This document shows positions 9,674 to 18,277 of a stretch of 23,713 nt of DNA, in pieces. Source of the stretch: Kofleriaceae bacterium (lineage in GTDB: Bacteria > Myxococcota_A > Polyangia > Haliangiales > Haliangiaceae). The stretch lies in the NCBI GenBank assembly GCA_046597055.1, contig JBKJLC010000110.1, positions 1-23,713 of the forward strand. The letters are read 5' to 3'. Position 1 is the stretch's first letter. The number at the start of each line of letters is the position of its first letter. Position numbers and translations under genes: made by a program. The notes below the pieces were generated by a model that saw only the letters and a list, made by a program, of their open reading frames with translations, searched no databases and was not told the origin of the DNA.

Positions 9674-11092
9674 ATGTCAGCAGAGCGCTTCGACGCGATC
9701 GTCATCGGCGCCGGCCCGGGTGGATACCCGGCGGCGATCCGCCTCGGCCAGCTCAAGGTCAAGACCGTCATTGTCGAGCGCGAGTACATGGGCGGGGTCT
9801 GCCTGAACGTCGGCTGCATCCCGTCGAAGGCGGTCATCCACGCGGCCAAGACGTTCGACAAGATCGGCCATGCCGACGTGCTCGGCATCACCGTCGGCAA
9901 GCCGACGCTCGACATGACCAAGCTGCAGGCGTGGAAGGGCGGCGTGGTCCAGAAGTTGACCGGCGGTGTCCGCACCCTGCTCAAGGGCAACGGGGTCGAG
10001 ATCGTTGACGGCGTCGCGCGGCTCGGCAAGCCCAGCCCCGAGGGCCACGTCGTGACCGTGACCACCAGCAAGGGCCCGCGCACGCTGATCGCCAAGAACA
10101 TCGTGCTCGCGACCGGCTCGCGACCGTTCGAGATCCCCGGCTTCAAGACCGACCAGAAGCGCATCATCGACTCGACCGGCGCGCTCGCGCTGGCCGCGCT
10201 GCCGGCGCGCATGGTGGTGATCGGCGGCGGTTACATCGGGCTCGAGCTCGGCATGGTCTACGCGAAGTTCGGCACCAAGGTCACCGTGGTCGAGGCGCTG
10301 CCATCGGTCCTGGCCTCGATGGACAAGGAGTGCGCGCAGGTCGTCGCCCGCAAGCTCAAGAAGATGGGCGTCGAGGTGATGACCGAGGCCAAGGCCAAGA
10401 GCTGGGAGGACAAGGGCGACCGCGCGGTCCTCACCGTCGAGCTCAAGGGCGGCCAGGTCGCGACCATCGACACCGACGTCATCCTGGTCTCGGTGGGCCG
10501 CCGGCCCAACAGCGAGGACCTCGGGCTGGCCGACGCCGGCGTGGCGATCGACAAGCGCGGCTACGTGGTCGCCGACGACCAGCTGCGCACCAACGTCGCC
10601 GGGATCTACGCGCTCGGCGACCTGATCGGCGGGGCGATGCTGGCCCACAAGGCCACCAAGGAGGGCGAGGTCGTCGCCGAGATCATCGCCGGCCACAAGG
10701 CGGCGATGGACGTGCGCACCATCCCGGCGGTGGTGTTCACCGATCCCGAGATCGCGTCGGCCGGTCTGACCGAGGACGAGGCCAAGGCCAAGGGCCACAC
10801 GATCAAGGTCGGCAAGTTCCCGTTCGCCGCGCTCGGGCGCGCGCTGTCGGTCAACGACACCGAGGGCTTCGCCAAGGTGATCTGCGACGCGACCACCGAG
10901 GAGATCCTCGGCGTGCACATCGTCGGCAACGGCGCCGGCGACCTGATCAGCGAGGCCGCGCTGGCGATCGAGATGGGCGCGGTGATCCAGGACCTCAACC
11001 TGACGGTCCACCCGCACCCGACCCTGTCCGAGGCGATCCGCGAGGCCGCCGCCGCCGCGATCGGCGAAGCCGTCCACATCATCAATCGCTGA
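9674..11092 (+). CDS. lpdA: Dihydrolipoyl dehydrogenase (E3)
   Basis: GAGPGGY FAD motif, GGVCLNVGCIPSK redox disulfide, GGGYIGLE NAD motif, MLAHKA, HPHPTLSE. Confidence 0.97.
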   Translation: MSAERFDAIVIGAGPGGYPAAIRLGQLKVKTVIVEREYMGGVCLNVGCIPSKAVIHAAKTFDKIGHADVLGITVGKPTLDMTKLQAWKGGVVQKLTGGVRTLLKGNGVEIVDGVARLGKPSPEGHVVTVTTSKGPRTLIAKNIVLATGSRPFEIPGFKTDQKRIIDSTGALALAALPARMVVIGGGYIGLELGMVYAKFGTKVTVVEALPSVLASMDKECAQVVARKLKKMGVEVMTEAKAKSWEDKGDRAVLTVELKGGQVATIDTDVILVSVGRRPNSEDLGLADAGVAIDKRGYVVADDQLRTNVAGIYALGDLIGGAMLAHKATKEGEVVAEIIAGHKAAMDVRTIPAVVFTDPEIASAGLTEDEAKAKGHTIKVGKFPFAALGRALSVNDTEGFAKVICDATTEEILGVHIVGNGAGDLISEAALAIEMGAVIQDLNLTVHPHPTLSEAIREAAAAAIGEAVHIINR

Positions 11093-11516
11093 GCCGATCG
11101 AAGCGAGGCGGCTCTGGCTCCGTACAGATCGGGCGCGGGCTCCGGGCCGCGGCCGATCGATCGAATGGGTGGGATTCAAAGAATCACAGCCCCTGCGGCC
11201 CGGGCCGGTCGCTCACCGCGCTCGGCCCCGCCGGCGCCACCGGTCGAGCCTCGGGCTTCCCGGGCGGCCGGACTGACCGTGCCGGCAACGTGCGTGAGCC
11301 AGGCAATGTCATCGCCCGCGCGCGCGTGCGCTCGGCCGGCGAGCCCATCGGCGTGGAACATCGGGTGTTCGACGTCACCGGTGGCGGGCTGGCGTTGCCG
11401 GCGACCGTGCGGACGGCACGGGCCGAGGTCGCGTCCGCCACCCTGGCCGCCTGGAACGCTACGGCCTGACGCGTCCGCGGAAGTCCCGCGAGACGTGACG
11501 GGATGGCAACCCGCGG

Positions 11517-12515
11517 TCACCGCCGACGCCGGCGGCGAGCGAGGGCGACCGCCGCGCACAGGGCCCAGCCGGACGCCGCGGTCCCGGTGGGGCCGGCCTG
11601 ACAGCCGCCATGGATCGTGTCGCTCACCCCATCGCCGTCGAAGTCGTCGCGGCTCGACCCGGCCGGCCCGACCCGCTCGATCAGTAGCGCGAACGAGTTC
11701 TGTTGCTGCGAGCAGATCCGGGCACCGCCGGGCAGGCCGCACGCGCGCTCGCTGAACTCGCCGCACGGCGCGCTCACGTCCTGAAACTGCCGCAGCCCCT
11801 CGAAAGGCAGATAGCTCATCGGGTCAGCGGCGAGATATTGATGATCGAGCCCGAAGGCATGGCCGATCTCCTGGGCGGCGACCTCGCAGATCGTCTCCGC
11901 GAGGTCGGGGGCCGTTGGCGCCTGGTCGCGAATCTCGCGTGAGAGCACGAACACCATCGCGTTCGGGATCGGCTGGCAGTCCGCGGTGAACGGCGAGATG
12001 CCGAGGACATTTCCGGTCACCACCGCGCTGGCGAGCTGCTCGACCGAACCGCCGATCACGGCCTCGACGTGGCTGACATCCCCCGGGTTCACGTCGGTGA
12101 TCTCGACGTCGAAACGCTCGAACATCTGGCTGACACAGGTGACGATCTCATCCCACTCCACCGCCGTCCCTTCGAACGGCGAGACCTGGGTGGCGCGAGC
12201 CGGAATGGTGGAACGATCCAGGCGCGCGTCGTTGGCGCCCGGGACCACGGTGACACCCCGGCGATTGAGATAGATGAGCGTCCGGCGCCCGGTCGCACGG
12301 GGGGCGACGGGCGTGCCCTGGTGGCGAGCGGTCGCAGCCAGCGCCGGGATCACCTGCAGCACCGTGGTCGGCCGAACGGCGTCGAGGCCGACCCAGCCCA
12401 GGACGGCCGGCGCGGGTAGCGTCACCTCGGTGGTCCCCGGGCTGGCGGCGCTCGCTCCCGCCCGAGCAAGGAGACCGACGAACGACAGGACCGAGAGAAA
12501 CCGCCAGGCTGGCAT
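11517..12515 (-). CDS. Secreted metzincin-like (QExxHxxGxxH) protein with MYXO-CTERM sorting signal
   Basis: Signal peptide MPAWRFLSVLSFVGLLARAGASAA. AAQEIGHAFGLDH followed by Met-turn DPMSY, a Cys-rich segment, and C-terminus GGCQAG...WALCAAVALARRRRR (Cys, hydrophobic helix, Arg cluster). Confidence 0.78.
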   Translation of the reverse strand: MPAWRFLSVLSFVGLLARAGASAASPGTTEVTLPAPAVLGWVGLDAVRPTTVLQVIPALAATARHQGTPVAPRATGRRTLIYLNRRGVTVVPGANDARLDRSTIPARATQVSPFEGTAVEWDEIVTCVSQMFERFDVEITDVNPGDVSHVEAVIGGSVEQLASAVVTGNVLGISPFTADCQPIPNAMVFVLSREIRDQAPTAPDLAETICEVAAQEIGHAFGLDHQYLAADPMSYLPFEGLRQFQDVSAPCGEFSERACGLPGGARICSQQQNSFALLIERVGPAGSSRDDFDGDGVSDTIHGGCQAGPTGTAASGWALCAAVALARRRRRR

Positions 12516-12532
12516 CGCGCTACCCGCAGCGT

Positions 12533-12549
12533 TTCACATGCAGTGCCAA
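12533..12549 (-). promoter_or_regulatory. Candidate sigma54 (-24/-12) promoter of the MYXO-CTERM gene
   Basis: Minus strand TTGGCAC-TGCAT-GTGAA versus consensus TGGCAC-N5-TTGC(A/T). The -24 is perfect and the -12 imperfect. It lies 17 nt upstream of ATG 12515. Confidence 0.45.
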
Positions 12550-12608
12550 GCCGGGGCAAGACTTGACTGGCGTGGGGTGACGGTTGTCATGGTGAGACAC
12601 ACAGCCAA

Positions 12609-12642
12609 GGCCGGATTGGACGCGGACGGGTCCAATCCGGCC
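12609..12642. repeat. Perfect 13-bp inverted repeat (hairpin or dimeric protein-binding site)
   Basis: GGCCGGATTGGAC-GCGGACGG-GTCCAATCCGGCC, 37 nt past the stop of the TIGR01777 gene. No U-tract. Confidence 0.8.
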
Positions 12643-12679
12643 GTCCAGACCGTCCGGGACCAACGCCCCAGTCGTCGGG

Positions 12680-13621
12680 TCAGGACGGGATCGAAGAGGA
12701 CAGCGCGCCGGCCAGGGTCGGGTGGCGGAAGGCGAACTTCAGCTGCTCGAGGGCGGCGGGGACGGCGCGGCGGCCCTCGAGGAGGTAGTCAGCGAGCTCA
12801 CCGACGGCGGCGCGGATGGCGAACGCGGGCACCGGGAGCCACGACGGGCGGCCCAGGGCCTTGCCGAGCGCGCGCGAGAACGCGGCGTTGCGCACGGTCT
12901 CGGGCGCGACCAGGTTGATCGGGCCCTGCCAGCGGTCGTCGCCGAGCGCGGCCAGGTAAGCGGCGACCACGTCGTCGAGGTGGATCCAGGAGAACCACTG
13001 CTGGCCGGACCCGATGCGCCCGCCCGCGAAGAGCTTGAACGGGGTGGTCATCTTGGCGAGGGCGCCGCCGGCCGCCGGGTCGGCGACCACGACGGCGGTG
13101 CGCATGCGCACGACCCGGACCCCGTGCTTGACCGCGGCGGCCGCCTCGGCCTCCCACAGCTGGCAGACGCGGGCGAGGAACGAGTCGCCGACCGGCGCGG
13201 TCTCGGTGACCGGGTCGTCGTCGTCGAGCTGGCGGTTGGCGAAGCCGTAGTAGTCGATGCCCGACGCGCTGATCAGCACGCGGGGCCGGCCGGCCGGCTC
13301 GAGGCGCGCGATGCCCTCGACCAGGAGGCGGGTGGACTCGACCCGGCTGTCGCGGACGCGCTGCTTGTGGTGGGCGTCGAGGCGCTTGCCGGCGATCGGC
13401 TCACCGGCGAGGTGCACGATGGCGTTGGCGCCGAGCCGGTCCTGCCAGGGCCCGGCGGTCTCGAGGTCACACGCGATCAGCTCGACGCCGGCGCCGAGCG
13501 CGGCCCGGGCCCGCGCCTCGTCACGCACCAGCGCGACCACTTCGTCCCCGCGCGCGCGCAGCGCCTGCACGAGGGGCTTGCCCACCATCCCGGTCGCACC
13601 GGTCACGACGATCCGCTTCAT
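12680..13621 (-). CDS. TIGR01777-family NAD(P)-dependent epimerase/oxidoreductase (YfcH/SDR39U1-like, DUF1731 C-terminus)
   Basis: IVVTGATGMVG Rossmann motif, VHLAGEPI, SRVEST, FLARVCQLWE, GGRIGSGQQWFSWIHLDD, RPSWLPVP. Confidence 0.9.
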   Translation of the reverse strand: MKRIVVTGATGMVGKPLVQALRARGDEVVALVRDEARARAALGAGVELIACDLETAGPWQDRLGANAIVHLAGEPIAGKRLDAHHKQRVRDSRVESTRLLVEGIARLEPAGRPRVLISASGIDYYGFANRQLDDDDPVTETAPVGDSFLARVCQLWEAEAAAAVKHGVRVVRMRTAVVVADPAAGGALAKMTTPFKLFAGGRIGSGQQWFSWIHLDDVVAAYLAALGDDRWQGPINLVAPETVRNAAFSRALGKALGRPSWLPVPAFAIRAAVGELADYLLEGRRAVPAALEQLKFAFRHPTLAGALSSSIPS

Positions 13622-13627
13622 GGGTGC

Positions 13628-14416
13628 CTATAGCACCGCCGGTCGGCCGCGGCCCGCCTGCACCGCGCCCGCGATCAGCGCCGCGACGTAGCTCTTGGCC
13701 GCCCGGCAGGCGGCGGCGACGTCATGGCCGGCAGCGAGGTTACAAGCGATCGCCGTCGCCAGCGCGCAGCCGGTGCCGTGCACCGACCCGGCGGTGGTGA
13801 AGCGCGGCCCGGTGAGCACCTCGTGGCCGTCGGCGGTGACCAGCACGTCGAGCGCCTCGTCGGCGCTCCCCCAGTGGCCGCCCTTGATGAGCACCGCGCC
13901 CATGCCGCGCTCGTACAGCGCCATACCGGCGGCGATCGCGCTACCCAGCGAGTCGATCTTGATGCCGGTGAGCGCCGAGGCCTCGTCGGCGTTCGGCGTG
14001 CACAGGGCGACCCGGCCGTCGAGCAGCTCGAACAGCCGCGCCGGGTGGTCCTCGTACAGGTAGACCTGGCCCGCGGTCGGGCGCAGCACCGGGTCCCACA
14101 CCACCGGCGCCCCGGTCAGGTCGAGCGCCCGCGCGACCTCCTCGGCGATCGCCTCGTTGCCGAGCATCCCGATCTTCACCGCCGCGACCTCGATGTCGGT
14201 GAGGATCGCGCGCAGCTGCTCGCCGACCACGGTCGCGGGCACCGGGTTCACCGCGCGCACCTCGACGGTCGACTGCTCGGTCAGCGCGGTCGCCACCGCG
14301 ACCGGCCGGCACTCGTGCTGCTCGCAGACCCGCACGTCGGCGACCAGGCCAGCGCCCCCCGACGGATCGAGCCCGGCGACCACCAGCACGCCCGGCCAGG
14401 GCTCGCCCGTGGCCAT
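13628..14416 (-). CDS. thiD: Hydroxymethylpyrimidine/phosphomethylpyrimidine kinase ThiD
   Basis: True start ATG 14416 (MATGEPWPGVLVVAGLDPSGGAG). Motifs AVKIGML, VWDPV, TPNADEA, IKGGH, HGTGCALA. The upstream part of the 487-aa ORF is an off-frame read of gcdH. Confidence 0.9.
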   Translation of the reverse strand: MATGEPWPGVLVVAGLDPSGGAGLVADVRVCEQHECRPVAVATALTEQSTVEVRAVNPVPATVVGEQLRAILTDIEVAAVKIGMLGNEAIAEEVARALDLTGAPVVWDPVLRPTAGQVYLYEDHPARLFELLDGRVALCTPNADEASALTGIKIDSLGSAIAAGMALYERGMGAVLIKGGHWGSADEALDVLVTADGHEVLTGPRFTTAGSVHGTGCALATAIACNLAAGHDVAAACRAAKSYVAALIAGAVQAGRGRPAVL

Positions 14417-14418
14417 GG

Positions 14419-15591
14419 CTACTCGAACGCCGCCAGGCCGGTGATGTCCTGGCCCACGACCAGCGTGTGGATGTCGTGGGTGCCTTCGTAGGTGTAGACC
14501 GACTCGAGGTTGAGCATGTGGCGCCCGCACTGGTAGTCGTCGGTGACGCCGTTGGCGCCGAGGATGTCGCGGGCGTCCCGCGCGATGTCGCGCGCGATCG
14601 AGACGTTGTTGCGCTTGGCGAGCGAGACCTGGGCCGGCCGCAAGGCGCCGGTGTCCTTGAGCCGCCCCAGCTGCAGGCACAGGAGCTGGGCCTTGGTGAT
14701 CTCGGACACCATCTCGACCAGCTTCTGCTGCACCAGCTGGTAGCCCGCGATCGGCCGCGAGAACTGCACGCGATCGCCGGCGTACGACAGGGCCTCGTCG
14801 TAGCAAGCCATCGCCGCGCCGATCACGCCGAAGCAGATGCCGAACCGGGCCTGGGTCAGGCACGACAGTGGCCCCTTCATGCCGGTCACGCCGGGCAGGA
14901 TCGCGTCCTCGCCGAGGGTGACGTCCTCGAGGATGAGCTCGCTGGTGATCGACGCGCGCAGGCTCCACTTGCCGTGGATGTCGCGGGTGGTGAAGCCCGG
15001 GGTGCCGGCCGGCACCAGGAAGCCGCGCACCACGCCGTCGAGCTTGGCCCACACCAGCGCGACCTGCGCGGCCGAGCCGCTGGTGATCCACCGCTTGGTG
15101 CCGTTGAGCAGGTAGCCGCCGGCGACCTTGCGCGCGGTGGTGAGCATGCCGGTCGGGTTGGAGCCGAAGTCAGGCTCGGTCAGACCGAAGCAGCCGATCG
15201 CCTCGCCGCGCGCCATCGCCGGCAGCCAGCGCTGCTTCTGCGCCTCGGAGCCGAACGCCCAGATCGGGTACATGACCAGGCTCGACTGCACCGAGCAGAA
15301 CGAGCGGATCCCCGAGTCACCGCGCTCGAGCTCCTGGCAGATCAGACCGTAGCCGATCGGGCTGGTGCCCGGACAGCCGTAGCCGGTCAGCGAGGCGCCG
15401 AGCAGGCCCATCTGGCCGAACACCGGCACCAGCTCGCTCGGGAACGTTCCTGCGGTGAAGTGCTTGCCGATGCCGGGCAGCACGCGCTCGGACACGAAGT
15501 CGCGCACGGTGTCGCGAATCAGCCGCTCCTCCTCGGAATACAGGCCGTCGATGCCGAAGTAGTCGAGGCCGCGGTACGCGCCAGTCGCCAT
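14419..15591 (-). CDS. gcdH: Acyl-CoA dehydrogenase, glutaryl-CoA dehydrogenase type (390 aa)
   Basis: ATG 15591 with GGAGG RBS. Motifs ELERGDSGIRSFCSVQSSLVM, IGCFGLTEPDFGSNP, and GcdH-type C-terminus NLESVYTYEGTHDIH. Confidence 0.85.
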   Translation of the reverse strand: MATGAYRGLDYFGIDGLYSEEERLIRDTVRDFVSERVLPGIGKHFTAGTFPSELVPVFGQMGLLGASLTGYGCPGTSPIGYGLICQELERGDSGIRSFCSVQSSLVMYPIWAFGSEAQKQRWLPAMARGEAIGCFGLTEPDFGSNPTGMLTTARKVAGGYLLNGTKRWITSGSAAQVALVWAKLDGVVRGFLVPAGTPGFTTRDIHGKWSLRASITSELILEDVTLGEDAILPGVTGMKGPLSCLTQARFGICFGVIGAAMACYDEALSYAGDRVQFSRPIAGYQLVQQKLVEMVSEITKAQLLCLQLGRLKDTGALRPAQVSLAKRNNVSIARDIARDARDILGANGVTDDYQCGRHMLNLESVYTYEGTHDIHTLVVGQDITGLAAFE

Positions 15592-15637
15592 GGGGGATCC
15601 TCCGCTCGAACGCGCACTGGAGCCGCGCGCCCGGGGC

Positions 15638-15645
15638 GGTATACT
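15638..15645. promoter_or_regulatory. Overlapping divergent -10 elements for gcdH and the Slt gene
   Basis: GGTATACT gives TATACT on + (9 nt before ATG 15655) and TATACC on - within a 63-bp divergent gap that is otherwise very GC-rich. Confidence 0.45.
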
Positions 15646-15654
15646 TCGCGACCG

Positions 15655-17835
15655 ATGCTGCGGGCAACCGTCGTCGCCGCTGCGCTGGTTGCCATCACCG
15701 CGACCGCCGAGGCCCGCCCGCGCAAGCCCGCGCCGACCCGCCCGACCCGCCCGACCGCGCGCCGGCCCCCGGCCGCGCCGACCCCGCCGCCGGTGCGGCC
15801 GGGCAATCCCGCCGACGCCCGGCGGCTGGGCAGGGCGTACGAGGCCTACCAGGCCGGCGACCTCGACGGCGCGCGCCAGCTCCTGCGCGGCCTCGGCCCC
15901 GACCAGCTCGCCAACCCCGACTACCTGCTGTGGGTGCGCGGCCAGGTCGCGCTGCAGGCCGGCCGGCCCGCCGACGCGCGCCCCGACTTCACCGCGCTGG
16001 CCAAGCTCACGACCTCGCGGCTCGCGGCCGCCGCGCCCTGGCGGCTCGCCGACTGCCTGTGGGAGCAGGGGCGCCGGGCCGAGGCCGCCCGCGCGTACGG
16101 CGCGCTGCTCGGGAACGGCAACGCCGACGACCATGCCGACCTGGGGGTGGTCGCCTACCGGATGGCCCGCGCCGCCGGCTCACCGGCCGCCGAGCAGAAG
16201 GGCCTGCGCGCGCTGCTGCTCGCCTACCCGGGCCACCCGCTGGCGCCCGAGGCCGAACGCCGGCTGGTCGAGCTCGGCGGCGCCCTCGGCTGGGACGGCG
16301 ACGATCGCATCGCGCGCGCCCAGCGCTTGACCGTCGCCCACCTGTGGCACGAGGCGGTCGCCGAGCTGATGCTGGTGCCGGACGGCGCCGCCGAGGGCAC
16401 CCGGCTGCGCCGCGACTACTGGCTCGGCACCACGCTCTACAAGATGCGCCGCCGCTACGGCGACGCCGGCAAGCTGCTGCTCTCGGTCGCGCCCCGGATG
16501 GACTCGGCCGAGGCCCTGTTCCATGGCGCGCGCGCGCTGTCGCGCTCCGACCAGGACGACCAGGCGATCGTTCGCTATCGCGAGGTGGTCGCGAAGTACC
16601 CGCGGACCGACTGGGCCGCCGAGGCGCAGTACCTGACCGGCTGGCTCGAGTTCAACCGCGGCAACTACCGCAAGGCGATCGCGCCGCTCGAAGAGATGCT
16701 GCGCCGCTATCCGACCTCGAAGTGGATGGACGACGCGCTGTGGTTCCTCGGCATGTCGCACTTCCTGCTCGGGCAGTACGACCGCGCGCTGCCCCACCTC
16801 GACAAGCTCGCCGGCCGCGGCGCAGCGTACGAGGGCGGCAAGGGCCTGTACTGGTGGGCGCGCACGGTCGACCGGCTCGGCCGCCGCGCCGATGCGATCG
16901 ACGCCTACCAGCGGGTCGTCGCCCGCTGGCCGTTCGCCTGGTACGCGCTGCTGGCCCAGACCCGGCTGCGCGAGGCCGGCGTGACCATCGGCCCGTTCGG
17001 CGCCCGGCCACCGGCGCCGCGCGGCCCGACCGTGGCGACCCGCCTCGAGCCGACGGTCGAGGCCGATCCCGCGATCGTCCGCTTCGACGAGCTCGAGCGC
17101 GCCGGGCTCGACGTCGACGCCGGCAAGGACCTCACCCGCGGCGAGCGAGCGTTCGTGAAGCGCCACGATCGGGCCGCCGCGCTGGCGGTGCTGTTCGAGC
17201 GCTACGGCCGGGGCAGCAACTGGACCCGGCCCTGGAAGCTCGCGCTCGCCTACGACGGCGGCGCCCTGGACACGCCGCCGCAGGGCCCGGCCCGGTTCTG
17301 GTGGCAGCACGCGTACCCCGAGGCCTACCAGCCGCTGGTCGACAAGTACCAGGCGCTCGGCAAGAGCCCGCCCTACTACCTCTACGCGATCATGCGCAAG
17401 GAGAGCGGCTACGACCCCCACGTGCTGTCGTACGCCGACGCCCAGGGGCTCCTGCAGATGATCCCGCCGACGACGATCCGGGTCGCGCGCCAGCTCGGCA
17501 TCACCTACGCCGCCGGCGACCTGTACGCGCCCGAGGTCAACGTCCGGACCGCGAGCTGGTACATCGGCAACCTGCTCCAGAAGTTCAAGGGGCAGATCCC
17601 GTTCGGCGCCGCCTCGTTCAACAGCGGGCCGCGCCCGGTGATGAAGTGGCTCGACCAGCACGGCACCCGGCCCATCGACGAGCTGGTCGAGCTCGTCTCG
17701 TACATGCAGACCCGCGAGTACATGAAGCTGGTGACCGAGAACTACGCCCGCTACGTCTACCTGTACACCGGCACGGTGTACGAGCAGCCGATGACGGTCG
17801 ACCCGGGCTACCTCGTGAACGAGCTGACGTACTGA
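15655..17835 (+). CDS. slt: Soluble lytic murein transglycosylase (Slt70-like; TPR repeats plus C-terminal SLT domain), 726 aa
   Basis: Signal peptide MLRATVVAAALVAITATAEA, Pro-rich linker, TPR-like helices (YPRTDWAAEAQY, YPTSKWMDDALW). SLT motifs AIMRKESG, AQGLLQMIP, ASFNSG, QTREYMKLV. Confidence 0.88.
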   Translation: MLRATVVAAALVAITATAEARPRKPAPTRPTRPTARRPPAAPTPPPVRPGNPADARRLGRAYEAYQAGDLDGARQLLRGLGPDQLANPDYLLWVRGQVALQAGRPADARPDFTALAKLTTSRLAAAAPWRLADCLWEQGRRAEAARAYGALLGNGNADDHADLGVVAYRMARAAGSPAAEQKGLRALLLAYPGHPLAPEAERRLVELGGALGWDGDDRIARAQRLTVAHLWHEAVAELMLVPDGAAEGTRLRRDYWLGTTLYKMRRRYGDAGKLLLSVAPRMDSAEALFHGARALSRSDQDDQAIVRYREVVAKYPRTDWAAEAQYLTGWLEFNRGNYRKAIAPLEEMLRRYPTSKWMDDALWFLGMSHFLLGQYDRALPHLDKLAGRGAAYEGGKGLYWWARTVDRLGRRADAIDAYQRVVARWPFAWYALLAQTRLREAGVTIGPFGARPPAPRGPTVATRLEPTVEADPAIVRFDELERAGLDVDAGKDLTRGERAFVKRHDRAAALAVLFERYGRGSNWTRPWKLALAYDGGALDTPPQGPARFWWQHAYPEAYQPLVDKYQALGKSPPYYLYAIMRKESGYDPHVLSYADAQGLLQMIPPTTIRVARQLGITYAAGDLYAPEVNVRTASWYIGNLLQKFKGQIPFGAASFNSGPRPVMKWLDQHGTRPIDELVELVSYMQTREYMKLVTENYARYVYLYTGTVYEQPMTVDPGYLVNELTY

Positions 17836-17839
17836 CCGT

Positions 17840-17855
17840 CACCGCACCCGCGGTG
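17840..17855. terminator. Short GC hairpin between convergent genes
   Basis: CACCGC-ACCC-GCGGTG between stops at 17835 (+) and 17862 (-). No U-tract. Confidence 0.3.
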
Positions 17856-17861
17856 CCGATG

Positions 17862-18077
17862 TCACGGGGCCGGCGTGCACTTCGAGACCTTGATGATCGG
17901 TCCCGTCATGCCGATGCCGAACGCGCCCTTGTCGACCTTGCCCTCGACCACGACCTTCTGGCCGTCGACGAGGTCGCTGGCGCCCTCGAGCTGAAACTGC
18001 TCACCGTCGTCGGTGACGAGCAACCAGTGCCCGCCCTCAAGGTCGCTCTTCTGCACGGTCCCGCTCATCTTGGCCAT
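17862..18077 (-). CDS. Small beta-rich hypothetical protein (DUF5818/OB-fold-like), 71 aa
   Basis: MAKMSGTVQKSDLEGGHWLLVTDDGEQFQL...VVVEGKV...GIGMTGPIIKV with strong GC3 bias. TACGGT -10-like element 6 nt before ATG 18077. Confidence 0.75.
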   Translation of the reverse strand: MAKMSGTVQKSDLEGGHWLLVTDDGEQFQLEGASDLVDGQKVVVEGKVDKGAFGIGMTGPIIKVSKCTPAP

Positions 18078-18206
18078 GGGTAAACCGTAGCGCACGGCGG
18101 CCGCGACCGCACGAGCTGTCGCGATTCGCGCGCGCCGGCCAGGTGCGAGATCCGCGGCGGCGATGCGTTCGCCGCGATCGTCGCCATCTGCGCCACGAGT
18201 GCCTTC

Positions 18207-18260
18207 GAAAAAGGGCTGGCCGTGATCGAAGGGCTCCGATCAAAGCCTCGCCCCCTCTTC
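18207..18260 (-). terminator. Long rod-like hairpin 3' of the mglB-mglA-652aa gene cluster (probable terminator or 3' stabiliser)
   Basis: Minus strand GAAGAGGGGGC-GA-GGC-TT-TGATCGGA-GCCC-TTCGATCA-CG-GCC-A-GCCCTTTTTC forms three stacked helices ending in a U5 run, 17 nt after the stop at 18278. Confidence 0.55.
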
Positions 18261-18277
18261 GGCCGGATTGGCGCCGG

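Noticed and set aside
14417..15091. N-terminal extension of ThiD (487-aa ORF)
   Set aside because: Off-frame overlap with gcdH. ThiD motifs begin right after ATG 14416.
14467..15654. Apparent 1122-aa giant Slt fusion
   Set aside because: The first 396 codons are the antisense shadow of gcdH. A signal peptide starts at ATG 15655.
13628..15654. TPP riboswitch controlling thiD
   Set aside because: thiD starts 2 nt after the gcdH stop, and the 63-bp gcdH upstream gap has no TPP aptamer core.
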